Part shown: piece after piece, positions 28,119 to 44,300 of the stretch
How the letters are laid out: each line of letters starts with the position of its first letter
Position numbering within the stretch: the first letter of the stretch is position 1
Assembly: GCA_002104945.1 (NCBI GenBank)
Contig: MCFH01000022.1
Coordinates: 558,001 to 622,000 of the forward strand
Reading direction: 5' to 3'
DNA: 64,000 nt
Origin: Piromyces finnis finn
Taxonomy: Eukaryota > Fungi > Neocallimastigomycota
Notes under the pieces: generated by a model
The model's database searches: none
What the model saw: only the letters and a program-made list of their open reading frames with translations
What the model was told of the DNA's origin: nothing
Program-made: the position numbers and the translations under genes

Positions 28119-29054
28119 TTTTCTATTTTATCTTTCCTCGGTTTTTTTAAATAAAAAAAATTATTTTTTTTTTATTTATTCAAAATTTAAAAAAAATATT
28201 TATCATGTATTGTAATGTATTATAACGTATACAATATTCATCAAAAGAAAAAAGTGTGTATAAAAAAAAAAGGTATAAATAATGTGTATTAAAAGAGTGT
28301 ATATGTGTATATATAATTATTAGTACTTTTTTATATAAATATAAAAATCTTATAATTAGGTATTCTATAATATTTCATATATAAATCATTAATTCTAATA
28401 ATATAAGAGGAAAAAATATTAAATATATTAAAACAAAGTATTACTTTACATAGATGATGATAAAAAATATATGTATATTTATATATTATAAAAATTAATG
28501 TTGAATGAGATTGTGAAAAAAAAACAATCACATAGCATTATACTAAATATATATAATATTAAAATTCATTTTATTAAAAAAAAAAAAAAAAAAAAAAGGA
28601 TTGTTCAACTAGATACGAAGGATTAAATCTAAATTATTATATTATTATATATATAATCATCATGTTAAATACGCTTATTCATTATTTAATACTTGTATAT
28701 ATCAATATAATTATAACATTATTATTAGTATTTATAATAGGCTTAATAGATTTATTCCTTTATATATACACACACACTTATCTTTAAAAATACTATATAC
28801 TTTTTTTTAATAATATTTTAAAAGAAATAATAAGAAGAAAAACAGTTGTTTTTTCAATATATTTAGCTTTTTTTTATTTTATTTTAAAGTTTTTTATACA
28901 TTTTTTTTTTAATCTATATTTTTTTATTTTAAATATGATTATGCTATTTAATTATTAATATATAAAGATAGTTTTTATTTTGGTACAGATAAAAAAAAAT
29001 TATTACATTTTTTAATTATTATTATAACACCTTCTTATTAATTTTTTTTTTTGG

Positions 29055-29964
29055 TTAATAATCTAATTTTCTTAAAGGTTTGGCTGGGTTACCACAAACA
29101 ACAGTATCTGAAGGAACATCTTTAGTAACAACGCTACCAGCACCAATGACAACTCTATCACCAATGGTAACTCCTGGTAAGATAGTACAATTAGCTCCAA
29201 AGAAACAATCATTTCCAATCTATTTGTATATTATAATTAATAAATAATACAAATAATTAACAAGTATTATTTATTTACTTTTTTTTTTTTTTTTAACTTT
29301 ATTTTTTGTTTTTTACAATAAAAAGTCTATGTCCTTTTAATTGTATTATAAAGTTGTAATAGAGAATTAAATTATTTATTGTACTTACAGTAATTGGTTT
29401 ACCATATTCTGGACCACCATTCTTTCTAAGTTTATAGTCTAAAGGATGAGTAGCAGTAATAACTCTACAACCAGGACCAAATAAACAATCATCCCCAATT
29501 TTTACTGGGCAAACGTCTAAAACAATGGCATCAAAATTCATATAACTTTTTATATATAAAAAAAATTATTTTATTTTATAAATTAATAATATATATATTA
29601 TTATCATTTTATATTAGAAATTGACTTTTTCTTAAAAATATATATATATATGTATATATATTGTTACTTTTTTAAAAAAAAATAAAATAAAATAAAATAA
29701 AAATAATCTTTATGAAATTTACCTTCTTTCACCCATGGAAATATTATAACCATAGTCACAACGGAATGGTGGTTCAATATAAGCATCTTTACCAAATTTA
29801 CTAAATAATTCTCTACAATATTGTTCTCTTTCAGCAACTTCTTCTGGTTCAGCGTCATTAAATTTCTTTAATATTTTTCTACATGCAATACGTTCTTGAA
29901 CTAATTGTTTATCACTGGCAATGTATAATTCACCAGCAATCATCTTTTCTTTTTCAGTAGCCAT
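29055..29964 (-). CDS. maa: Maltose O-acetyltransferase-like copy C (canonical length, 187 aa)
   Basis: Exons 29964-29723, 29545-29389, 29219-29055. [14 protein letters not shown] start, [27 protein letters not shown], left-handed beta-helix hexapeptides, CGNPAK. Confidence 0.92.
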
Positions 29965-30824
29965 TTTTTTTTATCTATATCTATATCAATATACTTTTAT
30001 TTTATAAAGTTTTAATTATTTTCTCTTTTGCTTTTTTTTTATTTCTATAATTTGTAATTATTTGGATAAACCTTTTGAAATAATAAAAAAAAAGAAAGGA
30101 ATTTTTTAGTTTTTATTTTAAATATTAAAAAATAATTTAATTAAAGTATTTTTTAATATAAAATTAATTAATTTTTGATTAAAGAAAAAGTGTAAATTGG
30201 TCATATGACTAAAAGATGAGAAATTGTAAAAAGGTCAAAAGATAATTACTATTAATTCGTTAAAACCGCTTTTCTTTTTTATTTTATTTTTTTTCTTTTT
30301 TACTGTTTAAGAGAAAGAAAGAAGGAAATAAAGTAGATTTTTTTAAGTTATTATATGTAAAAAGTTATAAAATTCACTTTATTAATTTTTTTTTTTTTTA
30401 GATTAAAATGACTTTTATTAAAAATTGGATTTTTTTCCGCAATTAAATAGGTCAATACTTAAATAATTAAGGTTTTAATTATTATTTGATAAAAAAAAAA
30501 AAAAAGAAAAAAGTAAATTCATATTTTTTTTATTATTCTAGAATAAGAAATGTTCAATTATTTATTTTTTTATTTATTAGTTATTTTACTTAGTTTGTTT
30601 AGTTTTAAAAAAAATGAATCATCCATAAAATTATGACTCATTAAAATTAATTAAATTTTAGTTAATTTTTAATAATATTATTACTATATTACTATTGAAC
30701 TTCATTGAATTTCTTGCCTATGGAATGAATAAAAAATATAGTTATAGCATTATAGTATTTATAGCATTCTATATAAAATAGAATTTTTCTTTTGAGATAT
30801 ATAATATTATTACTTTGAACATTC

Positions 30825-31014
30825 TTAATAATCAAATTTCCCAACAACTTTTGCAGGATTACCAGATACAATACTATTTGATTCAATGTTTGTAGATACA
30901 ACACTTCCTGCACCTATAACAACTTTATCTTCAATTGTAACTCCTGGCAAAATAATAGAACTTGCTCCAATAAAACAATCATCTCCTATCTATATTTTTT
31001 TTTAAAAAAAAAAT

Positions 31015-31045
<31 letters not shown>

Positions 31046-32105
31046 TTTTAGAATATATAATATGTATAATATGTATAATATGTATAATATGTATATGTAT
31101 ATAAAAGTTTTATATTTTATAATATTTATAATAATATTTATAGTTGAAGATATATATATATATATATAATACTATTATTTTTATTTACTTTTACAGGTAA
31201 TGTTAATTCTTTTTCAAATTCTCTTTCAACTAATGGGTGAGTAACTGCAATAATTTTACAGTCGGGTCCAATTAAACAATTATCCCCAATGGTAACATAA
31301 GTACAATCTAGTATGGTTAAGTTAAAGTTGATACTACTGTAATATTGTTGTTATAGTAATTATTATTGTATTGTTATAATTGTTGTTATAATTGTTGTTA
31401 TTATTATTATTATTATTGTTATTGTTATTATTATTGTTGTTGTTGTTGTTATTTTTAAAATATCATTTTATTATTTTGAAATGTAATTTTTTATTTATTT
31501 TTTTATATATGAAAATATTTATTTTAAAAATGAATATGAATATGAATATGAATATGAATGTTTTTTAAGTAATTCAACAATTTCAATAATATTATTAATA
31601 TTATTTTAAATATTTTATATATATATATTTTAAATAAATACCATTTTTTACCAATTGAAATATTTGAACCATAGTCACAACGAAATGGAGGTTCAATATA
31701 ACTTTGGTCTCCAAACTTTTTAAATAATTTTTTAAAGCAGTCTAATCTTTTATCGAATTCTTCAGGTTCAGAATCGTTAATTTTTTTTAAAAGTTTTCTA
31801 CATTCAATACGTTCTTTTATTAATTGTGGGTCATTATAATTATAAGTTTCGCCCATTATCATTTTGTCTTTTTCTGTTTTTTCTTTTTCCTCTTTTATTT
31901 CTATTATTTCTATATCCTTATTATTCTTATCTGTATCATTCTCACTGTTCTTAGTGTCCTTGGTATCTTTTTTATTATCTGTTATATTATCAATTTCATC
32001 AAATTCTTCTTTTTCTGCTTTTTCTATAGCTTCTATATATAATTTTGCTTTTTTATTTGATTCTGTTTCGTCAGAATTCGAATTTGAATTTGTTCTTTTA
32101 TCCAT
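30825..32105 (-). CDS. maa: Maltose O-acetyltransferase-like copy D (near-identical to B), 258 aa
   Basis: Exons 32105-31642, 31336-31189, 30989-30825. Carries Gly->Ser and Gly->Glu changes in exon 3 relative to B. Confidence 0.8.
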
Positions 32106-34983
32106 TTTTGTAATAAGAAAAAAGTAAAAAAAAATATATATATATATATTAATTTTTTATTATTAATAATAAAGATTCAGAGGGTATACAAATTAGAATA
32201 AAGATTTAATTTTTTCAGATGATTGATCATCTGATAAAGGATAATAGTTTAAAACTTTTCATAATAAATGATATTTTTTAAAAAAAAAAAAAAAAGGGAA
32301 TGAATGAAAAAGAAAAAAAAAGAAAGAAAGAAAGAAATCTGTTATTAATGTATTAAAAATAAATACTTTAGCATCAAAAAAAGTATTATAGATATACAGA
32401 TATATTTACATTTTTATTTTTTTATAATAAAAAATTTAAATCATCAATTTCCCTTTTTTTTATATTTCTTTTTTTATTTTTATTTATTTTAAATATTTTT
32501 TTTTAAATTTTCACAATCAGTTTCAAAGAAATATAATAAAATAAAATAAAACACTTTTCTTCTTATAATAAAAAAACTATTTTATTTTATTTTCAATTCT
32601 TTATGGCTGGTTGGTTTCACCATTTTACTTTACATTAAATATATATATATATATATATATTTTTTTAAATATACTCAGTAAGATTTAATTTATTTTATAT
32701 TGTGCTACTTTTTCTCATTCAAATATATTATTATTATTTTACTTTATATTATTATATTTATTATTCTAATTAAAAGAAAAAAATATTTTATAAAACTTTA
32801 AACATTTCATTCAACAAAATATAATATCAATTTTTAAAAATTTAAATAAGCTTTTTTTATATATATTTAAATATAATAATAATGATGATGATGATGATTA
32901 GTAGTAGTACAAATAATATTAACAACAAAATTCAAATAATTCACATCAAGGCTGTTAAATATATTATAATATTAATTAGAGACTATATCATTTAAGTAGA
33001 ATTTCTGGAAAAGATTCTTCATTTTTTATATTTGAAAATTCACTTTATGGATGTGTTAACACACATCATTTTATTATAAAATAGATATATCTTTAGAGGG
33101 TTGTATCATTTACAATCTTTATACCTTATTCTAAATAATAATGATTTTATAATACAATTAAAATTATTAATTTCAAACTTTTAAGCTTTTTTATTTATTC
33201 CATTATTATTCTTTTATTCTATTTTCAAATAAACTTTAATCTTAATCATTAATACACTAAAACTATTAAAAATAAAAAAAAAAAGTAATAATTATTTAAA
33301 AAAATAATTATCTTATCTCTTTTCACTTATAATTAGATTTTTATTTTTAATAATAAATTTCGCATTCTTTTATATATATATAACATTTTATGCTTTATGT
33401 ACAATAATGAATAATGAATGAAAAAAAAAAAAAGTTTAAATTAGTAAATAGATTAATTACCAATTCTTTCTTTTTTTAAAAATGGGTCAATTTAAAAAAA
33501 AAAAAAAAAAAAAAAAGTATATATATAATATGTTTAATAAAAATATTATGATAATAATATTTTTTTATTCTATTATTAAATATAACTCCTTATTTATATA
33601 ATATAGATTATTTGAAGAAAAAACTTTGCTTTTTAAAAGTTTATATTTTTAACACTGCTATTGGTTATTCATACTTGTATATGCCTATGAAGTGACATTA
33701 ATATTAAAACCAAAACTTTAATTCTATGTATAAAAATTTTTATCCTTTACCTAAGATTCATATTTTCCAAAATTACTATGGATGTGATTAAAAAAAAAAG
33801 CAAATGAAAAGTTTAACATTTTCTACTATTTAATTATTATTTAGTATTAAAACTTTTCTATTTTTTTAAACATTATATTATAATAAACTTTAATTTATAT
33901 TTATTACAAAAAAAAAAAAAAAAAAGAAAAATAAAAAAAAATAATGATAAAGTATTTGGTATTTAGAGGGGGGGAAAAAAAGAAAAAAAAAAAAAAAAGT
34001 TAATGATATAATATAGTAATCTATTAAATATATATATAAATATATATTATTTATAGGTATTTTTTTTATTAAATATTAATAATAAATAGACTCAATGTAA
34101 AACTTTAAAGATTTTAATAAAACTCTGGATATATGAATAATGTAATAATGGAACCTAAAATAAAATAAAAAGATTCATATAATAATAAAGCTCATTTAAT
34201 CTTAAAAAAAAAAAAAAAAACTATTTTTATTTTTTTTTTTTATTATATATATATTATATTTATTATGTATTATATAGTATTCTTTAAAGTTATATAAATC
34301 ATAAAATATTAAGAATTATAATTTAAAAAATAAAGTAGATATTATTATCTTATTAAATGTTTTAATTCTATTATTATTTATTGTTCTTATTATTTTTATA
34401 TATTATTTTTTTTTTTTAATCCTAAATAGTTTTAATAAGATTAATTTGAAATAACTACTTTTAATTACTAACCTGTAATTGCTTAACAGAATTGTTAAGT
34501 AGTAATAATGAGAATAAGAAAGGAATAGATGATTCATTAAAAAAAAAAAAAAAAAAGAATAATAATAATAATAATATCTTTTTATTATAAAAAGTGGAAT
34601 AAAATGTTCAATCAAAAAAAACATAAATTTTCACATAAATAATTTTTTTTTCTTCCTTTCTTTTTCTTCGGCACCTATTTTTTTTCTTCAATAATACAAT
34701 ACATACTCTTCAAATAAGAAAAACTTTAAAAAAAAAAGTTCATTCGTAAAAAGATAACTTTTTTTTTACAATCATTAAAGGAAAAAAAAGAAAAGAAAAG
34801 AAAGAAAAGAGAAAAGGAAAAAAAGAATTAAATATATATATTGACTCTTTTTTTTCATTTACAAGTAAATATTTGGAAATTATTTTAATCTTTACTTTGT
34901 TACTAAAATAAGGATGATGATTTTTTTATAAAAAGAAGAATAGACTGAAATAATTTATATCAAAATATAAATAAGAAATTGAT

Positions 34984-35033
<50 letters not shown>

Positions 35034-35904
35034 AGAAAGAGAAAGAAAAAGATAATTGAATGTTGAATGAATATAATAATTAATAACTATTTTTACTCTT
35101 TATTAAGCATTTGTTGAGAAAGAAAAAAAATTCCAATACTATTACTTTTTGTTAAATAATACGTTCTATAATTAAAAAAAAGGAATTTAATGGATAAAAA
35201 AAAAAAAAAAAAAAGGAAAAAAGTTCAAGAATACGAATCAATATATCTCATTATTCTTTATTTAAAAAAATGAATAATAATTAGAAAGAATAAAAATAAA
35301 ATGATATTTAAATATAAACACTTATATAAAATGTTTAATGAATGTTAAAAAAAAAAGTTTTACTCAATTTTTAAATAAGATTAAAAATATAACAATTGAT
35401 AAACTAATGATATTATTTTTAAAATGATAAACAGAACAATGCAAAAATCATTATTAAAATAATTATAAATGAAAATTATTTATTAATAAAACCAATAACT
35501 ATTTATATTAACTCTTATTTTTCTTTTTTATATCCTATTTCTTTATAAAAATTATATATTATATATTATATATTATATATCTTTTCGAACCATTATAATC
35601 TTTTAATTTCAATAACAAAACAAATAAAAAAAAAAAACACTCTAACTTTTTTACTATTTTATGATGAATTAAAATTTCAATGATATAATCATATAAATAA
35701 TTTTTAAATCGACTTCGATAAGCTTCTTTTTTTTCTTTCTTTTTTTTTAACTTTTAAATAATTAGAATTTACTTTGATATTAGTAATTTTTTTTTCAGTC
35801 ATCAAAAAAAAAAAAAAATCTATACAATAAAATAAATTATAAAGATACTAATATATATACAGTACTACTACCACTATCATTCTAAATTTATATAAAAGAA
35901 AAAA

Positions 35905-38178
<2,274 letters not shown>

Positions 38179-38389
38179 TCCAACAAAAAATAAACAAACA
38201 AACAAAAAAATATAGATTTAAATAAGCGTATAGGAAAATAATAATTATAATAACTTTTTTAAAAACATATAATAATAATTTTTTTTTTAAATAGAATTTA
38301 GAGATTTAGAGAGATATCATTAATTTTTTTTTAGTTACTTTATAAATTTTTATATTTAGTATTATTACTTTATTTTCTCACATATTTCC

Positions 38390-38425
<36 letters not shown>

Positions 38426-39439
38426 TTTAAAAAACTACAATTTTCTTTTTATTATATATATATATAATAAACATTATTTTGTTAATATTTTCTATGTAAA
38501 ATAGTATTAAAGATGAAAGCATTAAAAAAAAGTAAAAATATATATATAAATATATATTAAACCTATAATGAATATATATTTTGTAATTAATAATATTAAT
38601 AGTTTATTTTTTATATATTTATTTTATTTTTGTAATAAAAAAAAAAAAAAGAAAAGAAAAAAAAAAAACTAATAATAAAACTGATTTATAAATATATATT
38701 ATCATTAAATATAAATATAATAGATTTATATAAAAATAGAATAGTTTTAAAAAAAGAATAAGAAATAACATAATGGTCATTTTAAAAGTATTTTTTACAA
38801 ATAATAAAAAAAACACTTTAAACTAATAATAATCATTTCAAGAAAATAGAAAGAATTTTTAAAAAAAAGATAAACATTTGTAAAAAAAAAAAAAAAAAAA
38901 CATCTTTCTTAATGATTATTATAATACTTATTAAGACTTGTTTGCTTAGTTTTCTCGTCTTCTTATGAAAAGTATTTTTGATTAAAGTCTTAATAATAAT
39001 AATGATTTTAAATAGGAAAAAATCATGTTTATTAGCTTATATGTTCTTGCAGGTTTCTAACTTTAAAAATAAAATATTTTGGAAAAGATCAAGCTTCTTT
39101 TTTATAAATCTTGTCCATTATATTTCTTTTATTCTTTTCATGTCATCCTATCATGGCTTAAAAATTTAATTTGCAGTCCTTACTTGTCTATAAAAAAAAA
39201 ACAATTATTAATATGAATTGTTAAGTTTTAATTAATTAATTATAAATGATTCATTACATTGTATTAAAATATATATATAAATTCTTCGTGTATTAGGCTA
39301 TATAATAAGTATATAATAAGTGTGTTAAGCTGGTATATAAAATTTGAGTTTGGGTATTAAAACAGAAAAAATAAAAATCATAACCCATTATTTAAAAATT
39401 ATGGGTTAGATTAACAAAGTACAATTTTTTCTGTATACA

Positions 39440-40114
39440 TTTTTTCAAGAGTATATTGATAGAGTCAATACATTAGTTCTACAATTTGGCATGGGTCTAT
39501 CTACGTTTTGTTGAGGGTTATATACGTTTAGTAAAGGGTATACGAATATTTTGATGAGATATCATTGATAGAATCAATACGTGTCGTTCCAGTTTTTATC
39601 CTGGTTGTTAAGGCGTTTCCTTAGCATACATAAGGCTTCTGGTTCGACCCCGCAGATGTCAGTGCCTGTGGATTTTCCCACTGGGTTTGCCATGGGTTGG
39701 GTTATGATATTCAGGTAAGTATAAATGAACTTTCTAATTTACTACTATGATAATAACACTCGTCTAGCCGGCCTGAGAGGGTCTAGTGTACATGGTACAT
39801 TCCAAATTAGAACTTAATAAGTGGTGACTTAGGCTATGCCAAAAACACATAATATTCCTTAATCAATTTAAGTGTAAACATTAGGGGGCGGTTGACACGT
39901 GATCAAATTGACTATAAGAGGCTTAGCATTGTAGTTGTGAAATATCGTACAACGACATGCATCTAATGTACATGGATTAAGTGAGCGTCGAAGCTGAAGA
40001 AACAGTATGACAGACCAGGAGGGTCACAACCACCTAGCAATAGGAATGAGCCAACGTTTCTCTAAGAACCACCATTGGAGCTAACTCTGATCGATGGGAG
40101 AAATGCACTCGGAA

Positions 40115-40160
<46 letters not shown>

Positions 40161-40330
40161 ATCAATACGTTAGTTCCGAGGTCTATCTACGTTTTGTTTA
40201 GGTCATGTTTTGTGAGGTTATCATACATTAGGTTTACAATTTATCGAGGGTCTACATACGTTTTGTTGAGGGTTATATATGCAATATATTGGATGTTATA
40301 CAATTTATTCGAGCCATCTACATTATTTAC
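39440..40330. repeat. Degenerate repeat (core GTCTATCTACGTTTTGTTGAGGGTTATA) interrupted by the SINE
   Basis: Core variants at about 39496, 40180 and 40250; a second motif GATAGA(G/A)TCAATAC(A/G)TTAGTTC occurs at about 39458 and across the reconstructed empty insertion site. Confidence 0.7.
39583..40158 (+). mobile_element. tRNA-derived SINE with LINE-related 3' part and poly(A) tail
   Basis: 13-bp TSD AGAATCAATACGT (39570-39582 and 40158-40170); A41 tail 40118-40158; A-box-like TGGTTGTTAAGG (39602-39613); B-box GGTTCGACCC (39641-39650); much higher GC than the flanks; 39/44-nt match to the LINE ORF2 end. Confidence 0.8.
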
Positions 40331-43300
40331 TTACATTAATGTACTAGCGTATTAAAATACATATGTATTTATTAATACAGAAAATGAAAAAAAATAAAAA
40401 ATTTAAAAAATAATATCATGTGATATCAACACAAATTTTAAAAATTCTTTAATTTTTATTGGTGGAATTTATTTAATTTTTAAAATTTAAAATTTAAAAT
40501 TATTAAATAAAGAATTTTTGACCCAAAAAAAATTTTAAAAAATTTATGGTTTAATAAACAAAAAGTTGAGTTTAAAGAAAGCATATACTAAAATTATTAT
40601 TTTAAAATAGAAAAAAAAAGATTTATAATATAAAAATGAAAGAAATTCAATGATACTAATAATGCAACGCTCATAAACATTAAATTTTATATAATCTTAG
40701 TATTTTAAGAATTAGAAAACAGTTTTCTTTTATAAAAAGATACTATATTTTTTTAATGAATATTATAATCTACTATATATTGTATTGTATATAATATATA
40801 AATTAATTTTTTTTGATAATGTAATGAATTATAGAAATACAATTACAATATATTAAAATAAATTATTAATATATTATATATATATCATTTTAGATAAAAT
40901 AATTTTTTGTTTTTTTGTATACATTTTTGTTATAAATTTTCTTACATTATTTTTTGTAATAAGAATTAATGATGATTTTCAATGTTTTGTAATATAATTT
41001 AATTTTATTGGCCAATATTCTATATTACAATATATCAACCAATAATATCTCACACAATATACTGATGTAGTGTAGAATTTTCCAAAAATAAATTAAATTT
41101 TTTTGATTATTTATAGTAGGAAGGAAGAAGAAGTATTTTTTTTACTATTGTATAAAGCCTATTTTTTTAATTTATTAAAGTTTTAATAAAAATATTCTAA
41201 AAAAGGAAATAAGATTTAATTAATACGTTATTTATACATTATTCTATATTATTATAATATATACTTTATATATATTAAATTACATTAACCATTTAATATT
41301 TCCATTTGTATATAAATTAATATTTAAGATATTTAATTGTGTACATTTGTAGAATATAATTAATATATTGTACATTAATTTATATGTAAATTTTTGTGTT
41401 ATTTCAATGTTTTAACATGGTATCATCAACTTTATTGCATATATTAAAATATAATTTAATATATTTATAATTATATACATATCCCTATTTAGACAAAATA
41501 CTCCAATTTAATTTAAAAATGTACACATTTTAATATTATGTATTACACACTAATACAACCATTCATTATTAATGTATATTGCAATATAATGTAATATACA
41601 TTTATTAATTTAACAAGTTTCATTTTTTTAATGAAAAAAAAATTAATTTAATTTTAATTATTGAATAATTTAAATTTTTAAATAAAATATGTATAGGTAG
41701 TAGTAGTACTGATTGTGATTGTGGTGGCTGTGGTGATTATGATAGTAGGTAATGAGGATAGAAAACCTATGACTGATATAGCTAGGTATTTTAGATAGAA
41801 TGTAGAATAAGAATAGGTTAATACTTTTTTGTATTATTATCCTAGTAAAGAGGGAAAGATTTAAAGTTTTTATTATTATTATTAAGATATAAGATATTTT
41901 AGATAGAAGTTAATTCTTAATATTATTATCATCATCATCAAAAAAGGAATGAAAAAAAAAAAGTTTATCATTCTTTTAGTTATTTTATTGTTTTATTAAA
42001 AAAGCTAATAGTACAGCTATTTGCAATTAAAAAAAAAGTATATATAATAATATATTATATGTATTTTTGTATATTAAATAATAAAATTTAAACTTTTTTT
42101 AAATGTAAAGGTCTATCATTTCTTCATTATATATATTTAGTTTTTTTTTTATCCTGTCTTATTTCATTTCTAAATACGGCACTCAAAAAAAAAAAAAGGT
42201 GCCATTTTATTAATAGAATAATTATATTTTATTAAAATTATTAAAAAAAAAAGTATCTTTATAGTAATAAAGAAGGAATAAATAATTAACATTTATACTT
42301 TTTATTTAAATTGAATACTACCGTTTTACACAATAAATGTAACTATTTATATAATAAAGTTTAACATTTCATTTTTGATACACATCAAAACTAAAAAGTA
42401 CAATAACAATTTATTATAAAAAAATAATTATAGTAACATTTATTATTTAATGAATCTTAATTTTTTTTTATATAAGATTTTATTGTTGTGATGATAATGA
42501 CAAACTTTATCCTTTTTTTTTTTTTTTTTATTTAATAGGCTTATTAAAAAGAAAAGATAAATTAAAAAGATAGTGTTGAATTATTGTTAAGGTGTAAGAA
42601 AGTAATTAACTAAAACTTTAATAATAATCAATTATACATGAACAAGTGAAATGTGTTTTTAAAGAGTTTTACCTTTTTTTTTTTAAGTTTTAAATTTATC
42701 AAATTTATCAAATTAAAGTTTTTTTTTATTACATTATTTACGGTGTTTTTTTCAATTTTTTTTTTTTTTTTTTCATTCTCACCATCATACTTTATCGTGA
42801 ATGAATGACTTTTAACTTTTATATTTTTTTTTCTATACAAGTAAAAGCAAATAATTAAAAAAAAAAAAAACGGTAATTTTTTTTAATTAATTATTTCTTT
42901 ATAAAGTTTATTATTATTAAAGAGAGAGGTATCGTGGTAGCTATATAGATAATGCTACTTTATTAATGAAATAGGCCTAACATAATATGAAATAAAATAA
43001 TTTTTTTTTATTTAAAAATATATAATATAGTTATTATTACATTTTCATGATTAGATATTCTAATAGAAATAAAAGTCATGATACTTGTAGAATAATAACA
43101 TTCCTTTAAAAGATGTGTGTGCATGTAGGATTCATTGATGAGAATCATTGAATTTAATTATCATTTATTTAATTTAAATAAAAATTTTTATTTAATAAAA
43201 TGTTTTTTTTGGGTGGAGTTTTAAATATTATTATGAAGTATCAAAAGCATGATCAAACAAAACCAAAGCTAAAAATATCAAAAAGTCAAAAAATAAAAAA

Positions 43301-44039
43301 CTGTTTATTTATTATCATTATTTCATTATTAATAAAAAAAAAAATAGTTTAAATTTTAAAATTATTTTAATTAAAATTAAAGTTTTCAATTTTTTTTTAA
43401 AAAAATGGATGAATTTATTTTTAAATTATAATTAAGGTAAATATTGAAAAACAAAAACAAAAATTAAATTTTTAATTAATTTTTATTTTTTTTACTTTTA
43501 TTGATACTTTACATGATTAAAGAAAAAAAAAAAAAAAAAGGAAAGAAAAAAAAAAAAGGAAAGAAAAAAAAAAGTAAAATGGGAATACTTAAATTTTATT
43601 ATTATTATTTATCAAGAGCTTTGCTAAAGGATTAATTGAACCAAAGGTCAAAAAAAGATGATTATAAAATAAAATTAAAATAATTAAAATTAATAAAAGA
43701 ATTATAACAATAAACCTAAAAATTAATAATAAAATTCAATAAAATTATATAAATAACGCCCTTTTAAAAGTGCCGTTTATAATTATTATTTAATTATGAA
43801 TGACCTTATAAACTTTATATTTAAATTGAAATCTTAAATTGACGACAATTATTTATTTATCAATACTAAAAAAAGTTTTTAGTTATTGTGGAATAGAGTA
43901 TTACTATGACTTTTTATTTAAAACTTTATTCTTAATTAATTTGGTTTCCATGCTATAAATAAAACTTTTATGGAAAGAATAACAAGTTAATAGTAATTAC
44001 AGTTACAACTAATAACAAAAAAAAATAATACAAACAATT

Positions 44040-44204
44040 CAATAATACTAATACTAATACAAATAATAATTAGAGTAATAATAATAATACTAATACTACT
44101 ACTACTACTACTAATAATAATAATCATAATCATAATAATAATAATAATACTAATACTAATACTAATACTAATACTAATACTAATACTAATACTAATACTA
44201 ATAC

Positions 44205-44239
<35 letters not shown>

Positions 44240-44300
44240 ATAATAATAATAATCATAATAATAATAGTACTAATAATAGTAATAGTAATATTAATAATAT
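44040..44300. repeat. Compound AAT/ACT/AATACT microsatellite
   Basis: Direct reading; explains the spurious ORF 43987-44256. Confidence 0.9.

Larger units (their letters stand above)
26853..32109. repeat. About 1.27-kb direct duplication: 26853-28122 and 30837-32109
   Basis: Exons and both introns are nearly identical; differences are a few substitutions and microsatellite unit counts. Flanks are unrelated. Confidence 0.92.

Noticed and set aside
27837-28215. F/S/I-rich plus-strand ORFs (also 31824-32127)
   Set aside because: Antisense translations of the K/E-rich maa N-terminal extensions.
34988-35030. Long poly(A) runs (also 21126-21175, 11327-11358) as retro-insertions
   Set aside because: No flanking direct repeat or recognisable element end was found.
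39780-40110. Hammerhead ribozyme in the SINE body
   Set aside because: CTGAGAG and CTGATCGA do not fit the CUGANGA core and no compatible GAAA/stem arrangement was found.
40960-41100. Possible decayed coding sequence on the minus strand
   Set aside because: Short, stop-interrupted and without a recognisable motif in any frame.
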